From assembly GCF_006345805.1 (NCBI RefSeq), contig NC_042999.1:8680001-8744000 (forward strand): a stretch of 64,000 nt of DNA. The letters run 5' to 3'. Below are positions 11,532 to 23,593 of the stretch, piece by piece. The stretch is from Octopus sinensis (Eukaryota). A model generated the notes under the pieces. That model made no database searches and was not told where the DNA came from. It saw only the letters and a program-made list of their open reading frames with translations. Within the stretch, counting starts at the first letter, position 1, and every line of letters begins with the position of its first letter. Position numbers and translations under genes: made by a program.

Positions 11532-11670
11532 AAAAAATACCTTAGGAATGAGAACCCAGGTTCGAAATTTCCCCAAGACACCTGATGAAGGCTGGAGAGT
11601 ATATCAGCCAAAACGCTGTGTCAACAACAAACAAGATGAGGACAAATATCCGTCAAATGTAAATAATGTA
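11532..11670 (+). mobile_element. Penelope-like pLTR remnant, right arm, with mutated hammerhead (GAAA to AAAA)
   Basis: CCTGATGAAGGCTGGAGAGTATATCAGCCAAAACGCTGTGTC at 11576-11622. Confidence 0.8.
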
Positions 11671-11736
11671 TATATATATAAATGTGATTGTTTTGTATGG
11701 ATTGTATATGTTGTTGTGTGTATATATATATATATA

Positions 11737-11822
<86 letters not shown>

Positions 11823-12019
11823 TGTAAAATGACGTAGGCAGCTATACGCAATAGAAGACCAAAAAGGAAGTAGTTATCATTGATGGGCTTTAAATTTAAG
11901 CGAAACGAGAGTATTACAGTGATTCTCGCTCCCCCGTCAGAGCATAGACATATGCTTTTTTGTGGCTCTAAGGGATTTTAACTCTTATTTCTAGCAATGC
12001 AGGTACTACCCTGCACCGT

Positions 12020-12560
12020 CAGTCACAGTTACGGACAATCGAAGCTAGTTCACTTGTTACAAGATCAGTGACTGTACGGTAGGTTAGTCTGTCGGCTAAA
12101 ATAGTAAAGAGTTTCTCCCTGCTTGCAATATATACTGAGTGTAGAGCGCACTGCATAATCCAGCTGGAGAGAGTACCTTCGTGGGTATCAAAATGAGAGT
12201 ATTCTCTGTTCCAAGGAAACAGCCGTGTTTCGGTGGCGTTAAACATTACTTGTCAGTATGAACACTGCTTTCATCTCTTACAAAGAGTTTCTTGACTGGC
12301 CAGTGTACTCGTTCTTAACTGCTAAATCCAAATAGGTTTGCAGACGTTCTGCATATAATGTAAGTAATAGATACATGTGAGTACTCCATCTTGATATACA
12401 ATGTCTTCTCGGCGCAGCATTGAATGGGAAAACATGCGAATAACACGTTTTTGCCTCCCGAGATATCGCTTATAACGGCAGGGTACTTAGAGGTGTCTCT
12501 TGTATAGGATTGGCTAGAATCCTTTTGCATCACCTTCAGCAGGCGTTTATAATGTACTTG
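12020..12560 (-). pseudogene. Possible highly decayed pogo/Tigger-like transposase fragment
   Basis: Only QVMFNATETRLF, similar to QVFNxDETGLF. The rest is unalignable by eye. Confidence 0.25.
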
Positions 12561-13099
12561 GCTGCAGCTCTACAACGGTCCTTCAGAAAGAATTTAAACA
12601 TTTAATAACCAGTAGCAGCCATATATCTAACAACTGCACACACAGGAAATACTATATAATTTAGAGGACTGACCACTAAAAGTGGACAGCCTGTATGCTA
12701 GATATAGACGTCAAGTCGCCATTTTCCACGAAGAATGTGTTCTCAAGGAAAAAAAAATCAGCAAATAAGCAAGACGAATTAAAATATACGAAATAAAAAA
12801 CCGATTACCTCTGTACTAATTAGTTTCACTTGTTAATATTTACGTATATGGACACGTAAACATCTGCTAGATCATCCAGTTCACTCAGCTGTAGAAATGA
12901 GTTGCGACGTCACTGGTGCCAAGCTGTATCGACCTTTGTTTTTCCCTTGGATAACACTGGTGGCGTGGAGAGGGGAGGCTGGTATGCATGGGCGACTGCT
13001 GGTCTTCCATAAACAACCTCGCCCGGACTTGTGTCTAGCAGGGTAACTTTCTAGGTGCAATCCCATGGTCATTCATGACCGAAGGGGGTCTCCGAATAT

Positions 13100-13146
<47 letters not shown>

Positions 13147-13148
<2 letters not shown>

Positions 13149-13505
13149 TCTTTAATTCTTTTACTTGTTTCAGTCATTTGATTGTGGCCCTACTGGAGCA
13201 CCGCCTTTAATCGAACAAATCGACCCCAGGACTTATTCTTCGTAAGCCTAGTACTTATCCTCTTGGTCTCTTTTGCCGAACTGCTAAGTTACGGGAACGT
13301 AAACACAATATGATTTGTCAAGTGATGATGGGGGAAAAAACACGCACACTCACACGCACACACGCACACGTGCTTCTTTCAGTTTCCGCCTACCATATCC
13401 ACCCACCCACAAGGCTTTGATCAACCATAGCTACAGTAGAAAACACTTGCCCAATGTGCCACGCAGTGGGAATGAACACGGAAGCATGTGGTTGATAAGC
13501 GAGCT
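13147..13505 (-). mobile_element. SINE family C (OK-like, CORE + CR1-like tail), degenerate
   Basis: Matches 27855, 37401, 45910 and 58165 copies. Confidence 0.8.
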
Positions 13506-13844
13506 ACTTTATTTCATTAAATTTGTCATATAGACAGTACAAAGATTGGGTAACTTTGGGGGCTGGACAAACACATTAATGAATGAAAATGAAATAAAAT
13601 GAATAAATGAGAGACGATTGGATTTTCTCGAAAACATATTTTCTCTTTTTCAAAAATCAGTATGAGGTTTCAAACCTCTTACAAGAAGGAGGCACTAAAA
13701 CCTCTTACTTAACATGTTTTTTAAACACACAATTGAGGTTATAAACAACTACAAATAATGCAATAAGATGAGGTTTCAAAAACCTCTAACGAGGGTTTTT
13801 CACGTCCTACTCATCGATATATCCATCATTATCTTCAATGCCGC

Positions 13845-14173
13845 TTGAGTTCCTGTATCCCGCCATTTCCCATGCCTCACTCATGTAGGACATGTAAGTC
13901 ATTCCAGTGTAAGAGCCACCCGGCCATATACGACACTCCTTCCCAAATCCTTCGCGAGTCCTGCCGACTCATAAGAGCCGGTTTTCCAGTTTCCATGACA
14001 TACGTATTGCCCATCAGGAATACATACTTTGAGTTTTGCCAACTGAATTAACTGGAGCAGCGTAAAATGAAGTGTTTTGCGCAAGAACTCAACGCATCAC
14101 CCGCTCCAAGAATCGAAACCACAATCTTACGATCATGAGTCCAACAGTCTAACCACTAAGCCACTCGCCTCCA
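13845..14173 (-). mobile_element. CORE-type tRNA SINE with a different tail
   Basis: GTGGAGGCGAGTGGCTTAGTGGTTAG head and GTTCTTGCGCAAAACACTTCATTTTACG CORE-like block. Confidence 0.75.
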
Positions 14174-14214
14174 CTACAATAACCATAATAATAATAATGG
14201 TTTCAAATTTTTAA

Positions 14215-14813
14215 GGTGGCGAGCTGGCTGAACCGTTAGCACGCCGGGCGAAATGCTTAGCGGTATTTCGTCTGCGTTACGTTGTGAGTTCAAATTCCGC
14301 CGAGGTCGACTTTGCCTTTCATACTTTCGGGGTCTATAAATTAAGTACCAGTTACGCACTGGGGTCGATGTAATCGACTTAATACCTATGTCTGTCCTTG
14401 TTTGTCCCCTCTGTGTTTAGCCCCTTGTGGGTAATAAAGAAATAGGTATTTCGTCTGCTGCTACGTTCTGAGGTCAAATTCCGCTGAGGTCGACTTTGCC
14501 TTTCATCCTTTCGAGGTCGATTAAATAAGTACCAGTTACGCACTGGGGTCGATGTAATCGGCTTAATCCATTTGCTTGTCCTTGTTTGTCCCCTCTGTGT
14601 TTACCACCCCCTTGTGGGTAGTAAAGAAATAGGCATTTCGTCTGCCGCTACGTTGTGTTCCGCCGAGGTTGCCTTTGCCTTTCATCATTTTCGGGGTCGA
14701 TTAAATAAGTACCAGTTGCACACTGGAGTTGATGTAATCGACTTAATCCGTTTGTCTGTACTTGTTTGTCCCTTCTATGTTTAGCACCACCCCCCATGAA
14801 CAATAAAGAAATA
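14215..14813 (+). mobile_element. SINE family A trimer nested in an opposite-strand family A tail
   Basis: Three units. Flanks AATAATGGTTTCAAA and AATAATGATTTAAAA form an imperfect TSD. Confidence 0.85.
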
Positions 14814-15460
14814 AATAATGATTTAAAAGTTTAGCACAAGGCCAGCAATTTCAGGGGAGGGGTACTTGTTTCGTCGACCCCTAAAGGATAAAAGGGCAAA
14901 GTCAACCTCGGCGGAATAATAACCATAATAACAGTAACTTCTGCGTAGTTATGTATAAGGATATCTAACATAGATACTCGGCCATACATTTTGGGGTCCA
15001 CTACTTTATTAGTATTTGTTTTAATGGAACAGAGAGAATGGAAAGTTAATTCCCCTTTGACAGGATCTGAATTCACACAACGTAGAGGAGCATATTTAAA
15101 TCCGGTAAACCGTCGTTTCATATGTCCCCCTATCTGTCACCCTTGTTATTATATATAATATATGATGTGTACATATAGAAAATTATATAGATTTTCTATA
15201 CGTATTGACGTGGTTACGATCCAACGAAATAAGATAATAAACTACGATGGAGGCCTCCATAGATTAAGCTTTTCTCTCTGCCCCTACTCGTTCAAATACT
15301 TGGCTTTGTTTTTGCGAGGCACAAAGACTTTCTAATTTGCTGAAAGTAATGAGATTCCATTTCGATATATCCCCACAATTCAATATAAACCAATATCAGA
15401 TGAGATTATTTCTATGGCGAATCAAAACTGCGCTGTAGCTTATACGCGATATATAACCAA

Positions 15461-15522
<62 letters not shown>

Positions 15523-15959
15523 ACATACACTCCCTTCCCACCTCTCTCTCTCTCTCTCTCTCTGTGCTTCTTCCATGATTATGCTAATATCATGCTTTGC
15601 GATCCTTGATCTTCATTTCATATTTCTTAGCAATTATTTTTATGGGTTTCCCTCAGTAGAACGCGGTCATGACTTTGGTAGGGAGAGAACCAGTTGAATG
15701 CCCTAATTAGGAGATAGGTAATCAACATTTCTCCGACCCTCAATAATTGGGAAGTAAAACAGCAACCGGTAAGAATTTTTAAAATTCTGGAAAACTGTTG
15801 ACGACAACTCCAGAATGATCAAACCTTTAATCAAAGAAGTTCCACCCAGGACCATCCTTAAGAGTATTTTGATCTACGTTTCTAGAATCATTTTTAAGAC
15901 GTTAGAATATGAATCAAAAGACATTTCGCAGTTATTTCTAGCTGTTGAATAGAGGCTAC

Positions 15960-16220
15960 TCAATGGCTGAGAATGGCTAACCTACACAACAGTAAGGGGC
16001 ACAGGGCCGGCTTTCTGGTTTCTCTGGTGTATAGATATTCCTCCCGGACAGGACGGTGGTCCGTCACAGCGTTACTCCTTTTTGCCAGCTGAGTGGACTG
16101 GAGCAACATGAAATGAAGTGTTTTGCTCAAGAACACAACCGCGTCGCCCGGTCCAGGAATCGAAACCACAATCTAACGATCATCACTCTAACACCTTAAC
16201 CTCTAAGCCATGTGCCTCTT
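15960..16220 (-). mobile_element. CORE-type tRNA SINE
   Basis: GTTCTTGAGCAAAACACTTCATTTCATGTTGCTCCAGTCCACTCAGCTGGC block. Confidence 0.75.
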
Positions 16221-17114
16221 CATTCATTAATTGGGAATGCTGAAACCTATTCCATCTTCGGAGCATTGATGGTTCGAGCACAACAACAACTGGTTTGTTT
16301 CTGTTTTTTCCTTTTTAGTTCTGCGATCTTCACATTTGCAATGTCTTACTATGGCTGCAGTGACAGGAATGAGTTTGGAAACTAGATACATGGCAAAAAC
16401 TGTATCAAGGGTTTATGGTCGGGAATGACAAGCGAATCAATTAGAAATGAGAAAAGAGAACTCGTATAACTGAGAGTTCCGGAGTAAGTCATTGCTCCTC
16501 CGGGGAATATTTTTTATATGGCCTTAGTTGTGCCATTTAGTACCAAGTCCACCACCACCACCAACACTACCAACACTACCAACACCACCAACACCACCAA
16601 TTCTTGTGAGACAAACGAATCCGTTGTGTTAGGTCCAGCCCAAGCTTATCATATTTACTACTGACACTACAAACCTAATTTCGTAATTTTTACCGGAAAG
16701 ACAGTAATATTGGTCTCAAATTTTGGTCTCAAATTTCGGGGGAGGTGGGAGTTAAGTCCATTACATCAACCCCAGTACTCGACTGGTACTTATTTTATCG
16801 GCCCTGAAAGGATGAAAGGCAAAATCGGATGAGATGCCGCTGAGCATTTTGTCCGGCGCGATAAAGATTCTGCCAGCTCGCTGCCTCATAAGACCGGATT
16901 ATTGTTTGTTTGTTTTTGGTTCGAATACATCTTCGGTGCCCAGCGTTTTAGGAAATTTAATTTCTGAAATTTATTCCGATGCTGTTTCTCGTCCATGCAA
17001 AACAATCTTTCGGAGAAAGTAGGCGATACGTGATAGTATTTGCTGATAGTATTTGTTCGGCAATTTCCGTAAAATATTTTTCATTAAAAAAAAATTTTTT
17101 CAGCTGAATCGCTT

Positions 17115-17690
17115 ATGTATGTATGTATGTATGTATGTATGTATGTATGTATGTGTGTGTATGTATGTATGTGTGTGTATGTATGTATGTGTGTGTATGT
17201 AAGTATGTGTGTGTATGTATGTCATTATTCAGTTTATTTCAAGATTTCTTGCCAATAAAGAGAGAACTGATTTCTAACCTAGACCCAAGGTTCCTTCATT
17301 GGAATTTCAACATCAACAACAGGATATGTCTATATGTAAGTATGTGTGTATGTCTATATGTATGTATGTACGTATGTATGTATGCATGTATACATACATG
17401 CATGTATGTATGTACGTATGCATGTATGCATGTATACATACATGTATGTATGTACGTATGTATGCATGTATACATACATGTATGTGTGTATGTATGTATG
17501 TATGCATGTATACGTACATGTATGTATGTATGCATGTATGCATGCATGCATGTATATATGCATGTATGCATGCATGCATGTATGTATGCATGTATGCATG
17601 TATGCATGTATGTATGTATGTATGTATGTATGTATGTATGTATGCATGTATGTATGTGTCTATGTGCATGCATGTATATTTATGTGTGTA
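17115..17690. repeat. (TATG)n/(CATG)n tetranucleotide array with an internal repeat fragment
   Basis: Direct reading. Confidence 0.9.
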
Positions 17691-17729
17691 CGTGTAGTAA
17701 AACAACGACTGTATGAGTGAGACAATCCT

Positions 17730-18010
17730 TTGCCAGTCCTTTAGTGGCCTTCACCAACGAGTCTTTACCTTGTTTTCCTTGGCCATGAACCAGACCTGAT
17801 AGTCATTGCGTTCATCTTCTCTGAGATCTACCCATATGATCCACCCCTCGGTCCAGTCCTTGTTGCAGTGCGGTGGCTTGCATGTCTCAATGACCCTGAG
17901 AGCTATGGCAGCAGAGTGCAAGCTTCTGGTAGGGCTTCCCATACAGGACAAAGGATTCGGGGCAGACAAATGTGGGTTACCTTTTTCCCAGAGTTAAACA
18001 TAGGCTTGTG
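17730..18010 (-). mobile_element. Probable RTE-type LINE 5' UTR fragment
   Basis: GCCATAGCTCTCAGGGTCATTGAGACATGCAAGCCACCGCAC resembles RTE 5' leader motifs (recalled). Confidence 0.4.
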
Positions 18011-18170
18011 TAGGGCAAACACTTTTACCTAGAAAAAGGAAAAAAAAAAGAAAACCAAAGTAGAGCAGCATGGAGGAATATCCAAAACCGACAAGCTTTG
18101 GAAGAATTTACGAAAAAAACTAAGACGAAGATCGGTGGTGTACAAAACAAACAGATGTATTAGTATAATT

Positions 18171-18554
18171 GGAGGCGCAATGGCCCAGTGGTTAGGGCAG
18201 CGGACTCGCGGTCATAGGATCGCGGTTTCGATTCCCAGACCGGGTGTTGTGAGTGTTTATTGAGCGAAAACACCTAAAAGCTCCACGAGGCTCCGGCAGG
18301 CGGTGGTGGTGAACCCTGCTGTACTCTTTCGCCACAACCTTCTCTCACTCTTACTTCCTGTTTCTGTTGTACCTGTATTTCAAAGGGCCGGCTTTGTAAC
18401 TCTCTGTGTCACGCTGAATATCCCCGAGAACTACGTTAAGGGTACACGTGTCTGTGGAGTGCTCAGCCACTTACACGTTAATTTCACGAGCAGGCTCTTC
18501 CGTTGATTCGGATCAACCGGAACCCTCGTCGTCGTAACCGACGGAGTGCTTCCA
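18171..18554 (+). mobile_element. SINE family B (OR-like), full length, inserted into a pLTR remnant
   Basis: tRNA head with A/B boxes. Near-identical to 59491-59873. Imperfect TSD ATTAGT(A/T)TAA. Confidence 0.92.
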
Positions 18555-18587
18555 TCCATTAGTTTAACGCTCAGGAATAGAAGAAGT

Positions 18588-18623
18588 ATTTTACGTTTCG
18601 AGCCTACGCTCTTCTACAGAAAG
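18588..18623 (-). ncRNA. Hammerhead motif, A6U core variant, in a solo pLTR remnant
   Basis: CUUU-CUGUAGA-A-GAGC(GUAG)GCUC-GAAA-CGU-A/AAA. Confidence 0.6.
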
Positions 18624-20309
18624 GGACACAGAAAAAAACAAAGAGAGAAAAAAAATGTAAGTTACAGACCAGAGTAAAAAAAGAAATGGAGGTAAGTTGT
18701 CGACGGCCAATGGCAGCGAAAGGTTTAAATAAGTATACCGACCTGAAATAGAGATATTTAACACGGAGTTAATTAATATAGAACTCCTTTGGCACACCTG
18801 ATGACCTCTGGTGGAATACCATCGATTCCGGTGCCTTCCGGCTCTGTGCAGTTCTCCAGCAGCTGGCAATGCATCCGGCTCCTCCTTCGTGATGCAGTAG
18901 CATCGATGGAGAGCATCTTCAGATGCAGCCACAGCATGCAACACTGCCAGTCCCGTGTGGGATTGTGCAGCCACAACAGACTCAGCACAACCATCAGCAG
19001 CTGACACAAAATTCTCCAGGCGCAGGCCCAGGGTCTTTCGAGACCGACTGGTGCCATAGATACATAATCAATATGATAAAATGTATAGAATATTATTATT
19101 TCCCCTGCATTATTACCAAATAAAACCACCCGGAATACAAAAAGTCAACACTAATAATTTAAGATGGAAACATTAATTCTACCCATTCCGTTTTTCTTTC
19201 TCTCCATTCTAATCTAACCCATACACTTAATCTAAAAATACAATTTCCTAAAGCAAGGAACAACAAAAGAGCGCTGAGTAATATATTATCCAGAGCAATT
19301 CAAGTCTTCCATAGCAAATTTTAATTAAGAAGTTAATTTAAAAACTAATTTAAATTTTAAGCTACACTAGATTAAATTTTCTAATGGACACAGGCTGTTT
19401 CATACGAAAAGTCAAGTTAACCATGCCACTCACGTTACAAAAGTTATTTTCGTCTACAGTGTCATCTTCACATAGAACATAGTTGTTGAAATTATTCAAA
19501 ATATTGTTCATGTGGTATTATTGGAGGTCGACTTTGTCTTTCATACTTTCGGGGTCGATAAATAAAGTACCAGTTTCGCACTGGGGTCGATGTAATCGAC
19601 TTAATCCCTTTGTCTGTCCCCACTATGTTTAGCCCCCTGTGGGTAGTAAAGAAATATAATGTGATATTGTCCAGATACAAAGAAAACTGCTTTGAGAAAA
19701 TACCTGCTTAGGTAAACTTATGCATGATATACGTAATATGGCTATCCACGTGGTTTAAACTCGTTTTGAGTATTTTAAATTGCAAACGATTGCCACAATA
19801 AAATATGCAACACATCTTTAGGTATGCATGGAAAACGATTTGAGCGACATATTTATCTGTGAATGCAGTTTTAAATATGCACGGTCATCTAGCGGAATCC
19901 CGTAATATCCATGTTTGTATGTAAGATCTTCTACATGTCCATGGACCTCACGTTAATTTAATATTCATAACATCTCTTCGCTTTGAAGAAGATCTGAGGG
20001 AGAAACCTCCACAAATTACTTGTTAGCGACCATACGTGCATAGTCAAAGCTTCACAACCCATAAAGCTGCCAATGGTTAAACAACTACTTCTACTACCAT
20101 GATACGACGATCGAGTATTACCAACATGGAGATTAATTCGTTGTGAGAGAGAGACATGGTTCATTGGTGTCGCTATGATGTTGGAGGAAATGAATAATAA
20201 TAATATTTCATAGGTTTGGAGTTTGATGGTTGAGGATTTAGAGAAGATGCAAGCGTTGCGTTTTAGAAGGGTTAAGGATCGGCAGCCGATCATTGGCTCA
20301 CACATGTCA

Positions 20310-20783
20310 GCACATACATACATACATACACACACACACATACATACACGCATATATTCACGCATATACACACACATACATACATACATATATATACGCA
20401 CACAAATATGTCTGCAATATGGTAGCAGTCAAATATTTATACACACACACAGACACACACACATTCATACATCCATACATACATATATACATTCATACAT
20501 GCATTCATACATACATAATAATACATACATACATACGTACATACATACACATATATATATAAATACACACGCATTCACACACACACACACATACATACAT
20601 ACACACACATACATACATACACACATATACATACATGCATATACACACACATGCATACATATATACATACATACATATGTATACGCTCACACATACACAC
20701 ACACAGACACACACACATACATACATACACACACATACATACATACATACATGCATACATACATACATACATACATACATACA

Positions 20784-20856
<73 letters not shown>

Positions 20857-20860
20857 ATAT
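20310..20860. repeat. (CATA)n/(CA)n/(TA)n compound microsatellite
   Basis: Direct reading. Confidence 0.95.
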
Positions 20861-21284
20861 ATATTTCGGTTTTGTATTTGGTTTGCAAGATTCTTTATTT
20901 GAATTCGTGTGTTGAAGCATATTTTATTGTGTCTGGGGAGAGCCATTCTCTTTTAGTGCCTTAATTTAACACATTCACCGGTCTGATTTATTATTTATTT
21001 TTACCAAAATTTTCGTTACGTATTGCAAACTTCCCAATAGCCGTTGAGTCTGTTCGTTATCGGACTGTGTTCTCTTTTCTTTATTGTGCGCGGGTGTGTG
21101 TGCGCATACACTTAAGTATGTATGTATGTGCATGCATATATTTGTGTGCGTGTATGCATATATATATATATGTATGCATGTGTGCATGTTTGTGTATATG
21201 TATATGCTCTGCATGTTTATGTGTAGGAAACTAAAACGATCCTCAGCAGAACAATCCACAACTGTTTTGCTTTAATGTAGGTGT

Positions 21285-21715
21285 GTGAATGTCATTAATT
21301 TTCCAGTCAGGACAAACTCTAGTAACTGCAGGGTAGAAACCGAGAGGAGCATAATGGAGAGCATCCAGCACATAGTGAACTCCATCCACCAAAGTATCAA
21401 GGTAACTATAGATTACCCCACTAGGCACTCCAACAATAGATTCCCTGTACTTGATACTGAACTTTGGTTAGAGACTGTGATCAACAGAGTGCAGCTCCTC
21501 TACACCTAATACATGAAACCCATAGCTTCAACATATGTTGTTCACAAGAACTCAGCTTCGTCACACAACATGAAAATCAACACACTGATAGCAGACCTAG
21601 TTAGGATACTAAACAAGGTGTCCCCACTGTGTGAACCCTATGAAACAAGGAAACATGTACGGAACCTCATGCACCGCATGCAATTCTCTGGATATGATCA
21701 GAAAGATCCTCTCAA
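21285..21715 (+). pseudogene. Penelope-like reverse transcriptase C-terminal/thumb fragment (second PLE family)
   Basis: IVNSIHQSIKVTIDYPTRHSNNRFPVLD...*YMKPIAS...HKNSA...KINTLIADLVRIL...MQFSGY follows the PLE pattern LN..H..IKFT.E...LPFLD...Y.KP...S.H...K...L..SGY. Confidence 0.75.
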
Positions 21716-23593
21716 CATCTGAACATATAACTCCAAGTACTGAAGGTTCGTTACCAAATGTAAAACCAACTTCATCACAGAAATAGCAGACTTCCCATAT
21801 TCCTCTTTCTAGTCAGACACACAAACTTGGACCCCCAATTTTAGACTAGGCCTGAATTTCTTAGAGCGTTTCACAGATTCTAAATTTCTACTCTTAAACT
21901 TCCTCAGACATACCAGCAGCTATAGATATGTCATCTGTAAACCCCTACAACTCGAACCTGAGGTACTCAAGTACAACAGATGTACCTTCAACTTCGATTT
22001 TGGCTCTCTATATCACACTACTCGCTCTTCCTGCTATCGATCTTTATAACCACTGATTGCAGCATCTCTGATCTCTACTGCTTTTCCACACACACACACT
22101 TCGACATCCTACAAATTCTGACTGTCAGAATAGACAACAATTTCTTCAGCCAAACTTCTTCCAAACAGGTATCAGGTCTAACTCTAAGGTGCAGGCCGCC
22201 GAGCCTACCGTTATGTTTGTTGCAAGAATGTGAAGAACTAAAAGGATAGGGAAATGAATTATTGGAAATGAATTTAAAAATAACATGAATATATTAAGTT
22301 TGTGGAGGGTTAACAGAGGAAAGAGAAAGAGGAGAGAGGGAGAGGAAGAGGAAAGAGGGAGATGGAAATGAATTTAAGTTTAAGAAGAGTTGAATAATAA
22401 ATAAGAAATGAAGGAAAATAAAGAGACACAATAATATAAAGAATATGCATATATATTCATATATACATACACATTTATACATACGTGTATGGATGTATAT
22501 GTGTCTGTTTGTCTCGTTGTCTGTTTGTCTATATATGTGTATGTATAGATTGCCAGCGAAGGGAAAACATTTGATAGTTGCTTTAAAACAAACAAAATAG
22601 AATAAATAAATAAATAAATAAATAAATAAATGAAAAACATATAAATATAAATTAAACATGAAGTTAAAATAAAATGTATAAGATTCCATCGGTAAATTCA
22701 AGTTCATTTTCCAATTTCATTCCCTTCAGCATTAAAACAAGTTTATCCAAAGAGTCTTTTTACTACTTGCAGGATGAATACTCTGTAATATTATAGGAGA
22801 AATATCTTGGAATATTTTTTGATCTTTTATGGAAATTCTTCAAAATTCTATAAATATTCTACTCCGAAAATAGTTAGAGGTAGCTTTTTTTAGCTGACAT
22901 TTTGTATTAAAGTGTCCTCAACAAGCTAATTGTTGTTCAAGCTATTTTGAACCCTAAAAACTATTATTGAATTAGTAAAACGGTTTGTTTTCTCTTTTCG
23001 TTTCCTAGAATTTGGTTATAAATTTCACGCACGTCTACATCCTTTTATATCTTGTTGCATTTATAAGTCTTTGTATTCTGAGCTCAAACCTCACCGAAGT
23101 TGAATTTGCCTTTCATCTTTTCGGGCTCAATAAAATGAAGTACCAGTCATGTACTGGGGTTGATGTAACCCCCACCCTTCATTCTTGTTGGCTTTGTGCT
23201 TGCCTGGATAAAAAAAACCCAATTATTTTTAGCATGGATCAATTGTCTTCTATGTAATGTCAACATACATACTGACACACATATACGTACACATATACAT
23301 GACAGGCCCCGGATATTAAATAAAGTGTTAACTGTTATGATATGCAAATTAGCTGCGCTAGTTCTCAGTATCTAATGAAATTGTTGAATATACGAATGAA
23401 CTGGCAACTTATATCTCCGCCATTGCTCAAATTAATACAGACGTCGCTGATGAAACCTCAATAATGTCTGAAAATCTATTAAGGCTGTTCATCATTTTTT
23501 TCAATTTACAGAGAAATAGCTACATTTTATATATCTACTATATAGGTTATATACACACATACCTATATACATACACACGCGCATATATATCAA

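Noticed and set aside
14940-15130. Possible PLE RT thumb remnant (YETTVYR)
   Set aside because: Only one short motif, and multiple stops in every frame.
18171-18245. tRNA gene (also 59491, 45910, 4298 heads)
   Set aside because: tRNA-like A/B boxes continue into SINE bodies with tails and TSDs, and there is no complete cloverleaf.
19960-20290. Complex sequence that might be a LINE ORF2 end or exon
   Set aside because: No motif that I can assign.
23445-23490. CTGATGAAACCTC...GTCTGAAA hammerhead-like string
   Set aside because: Stems I, II and III do not pair convincingly.
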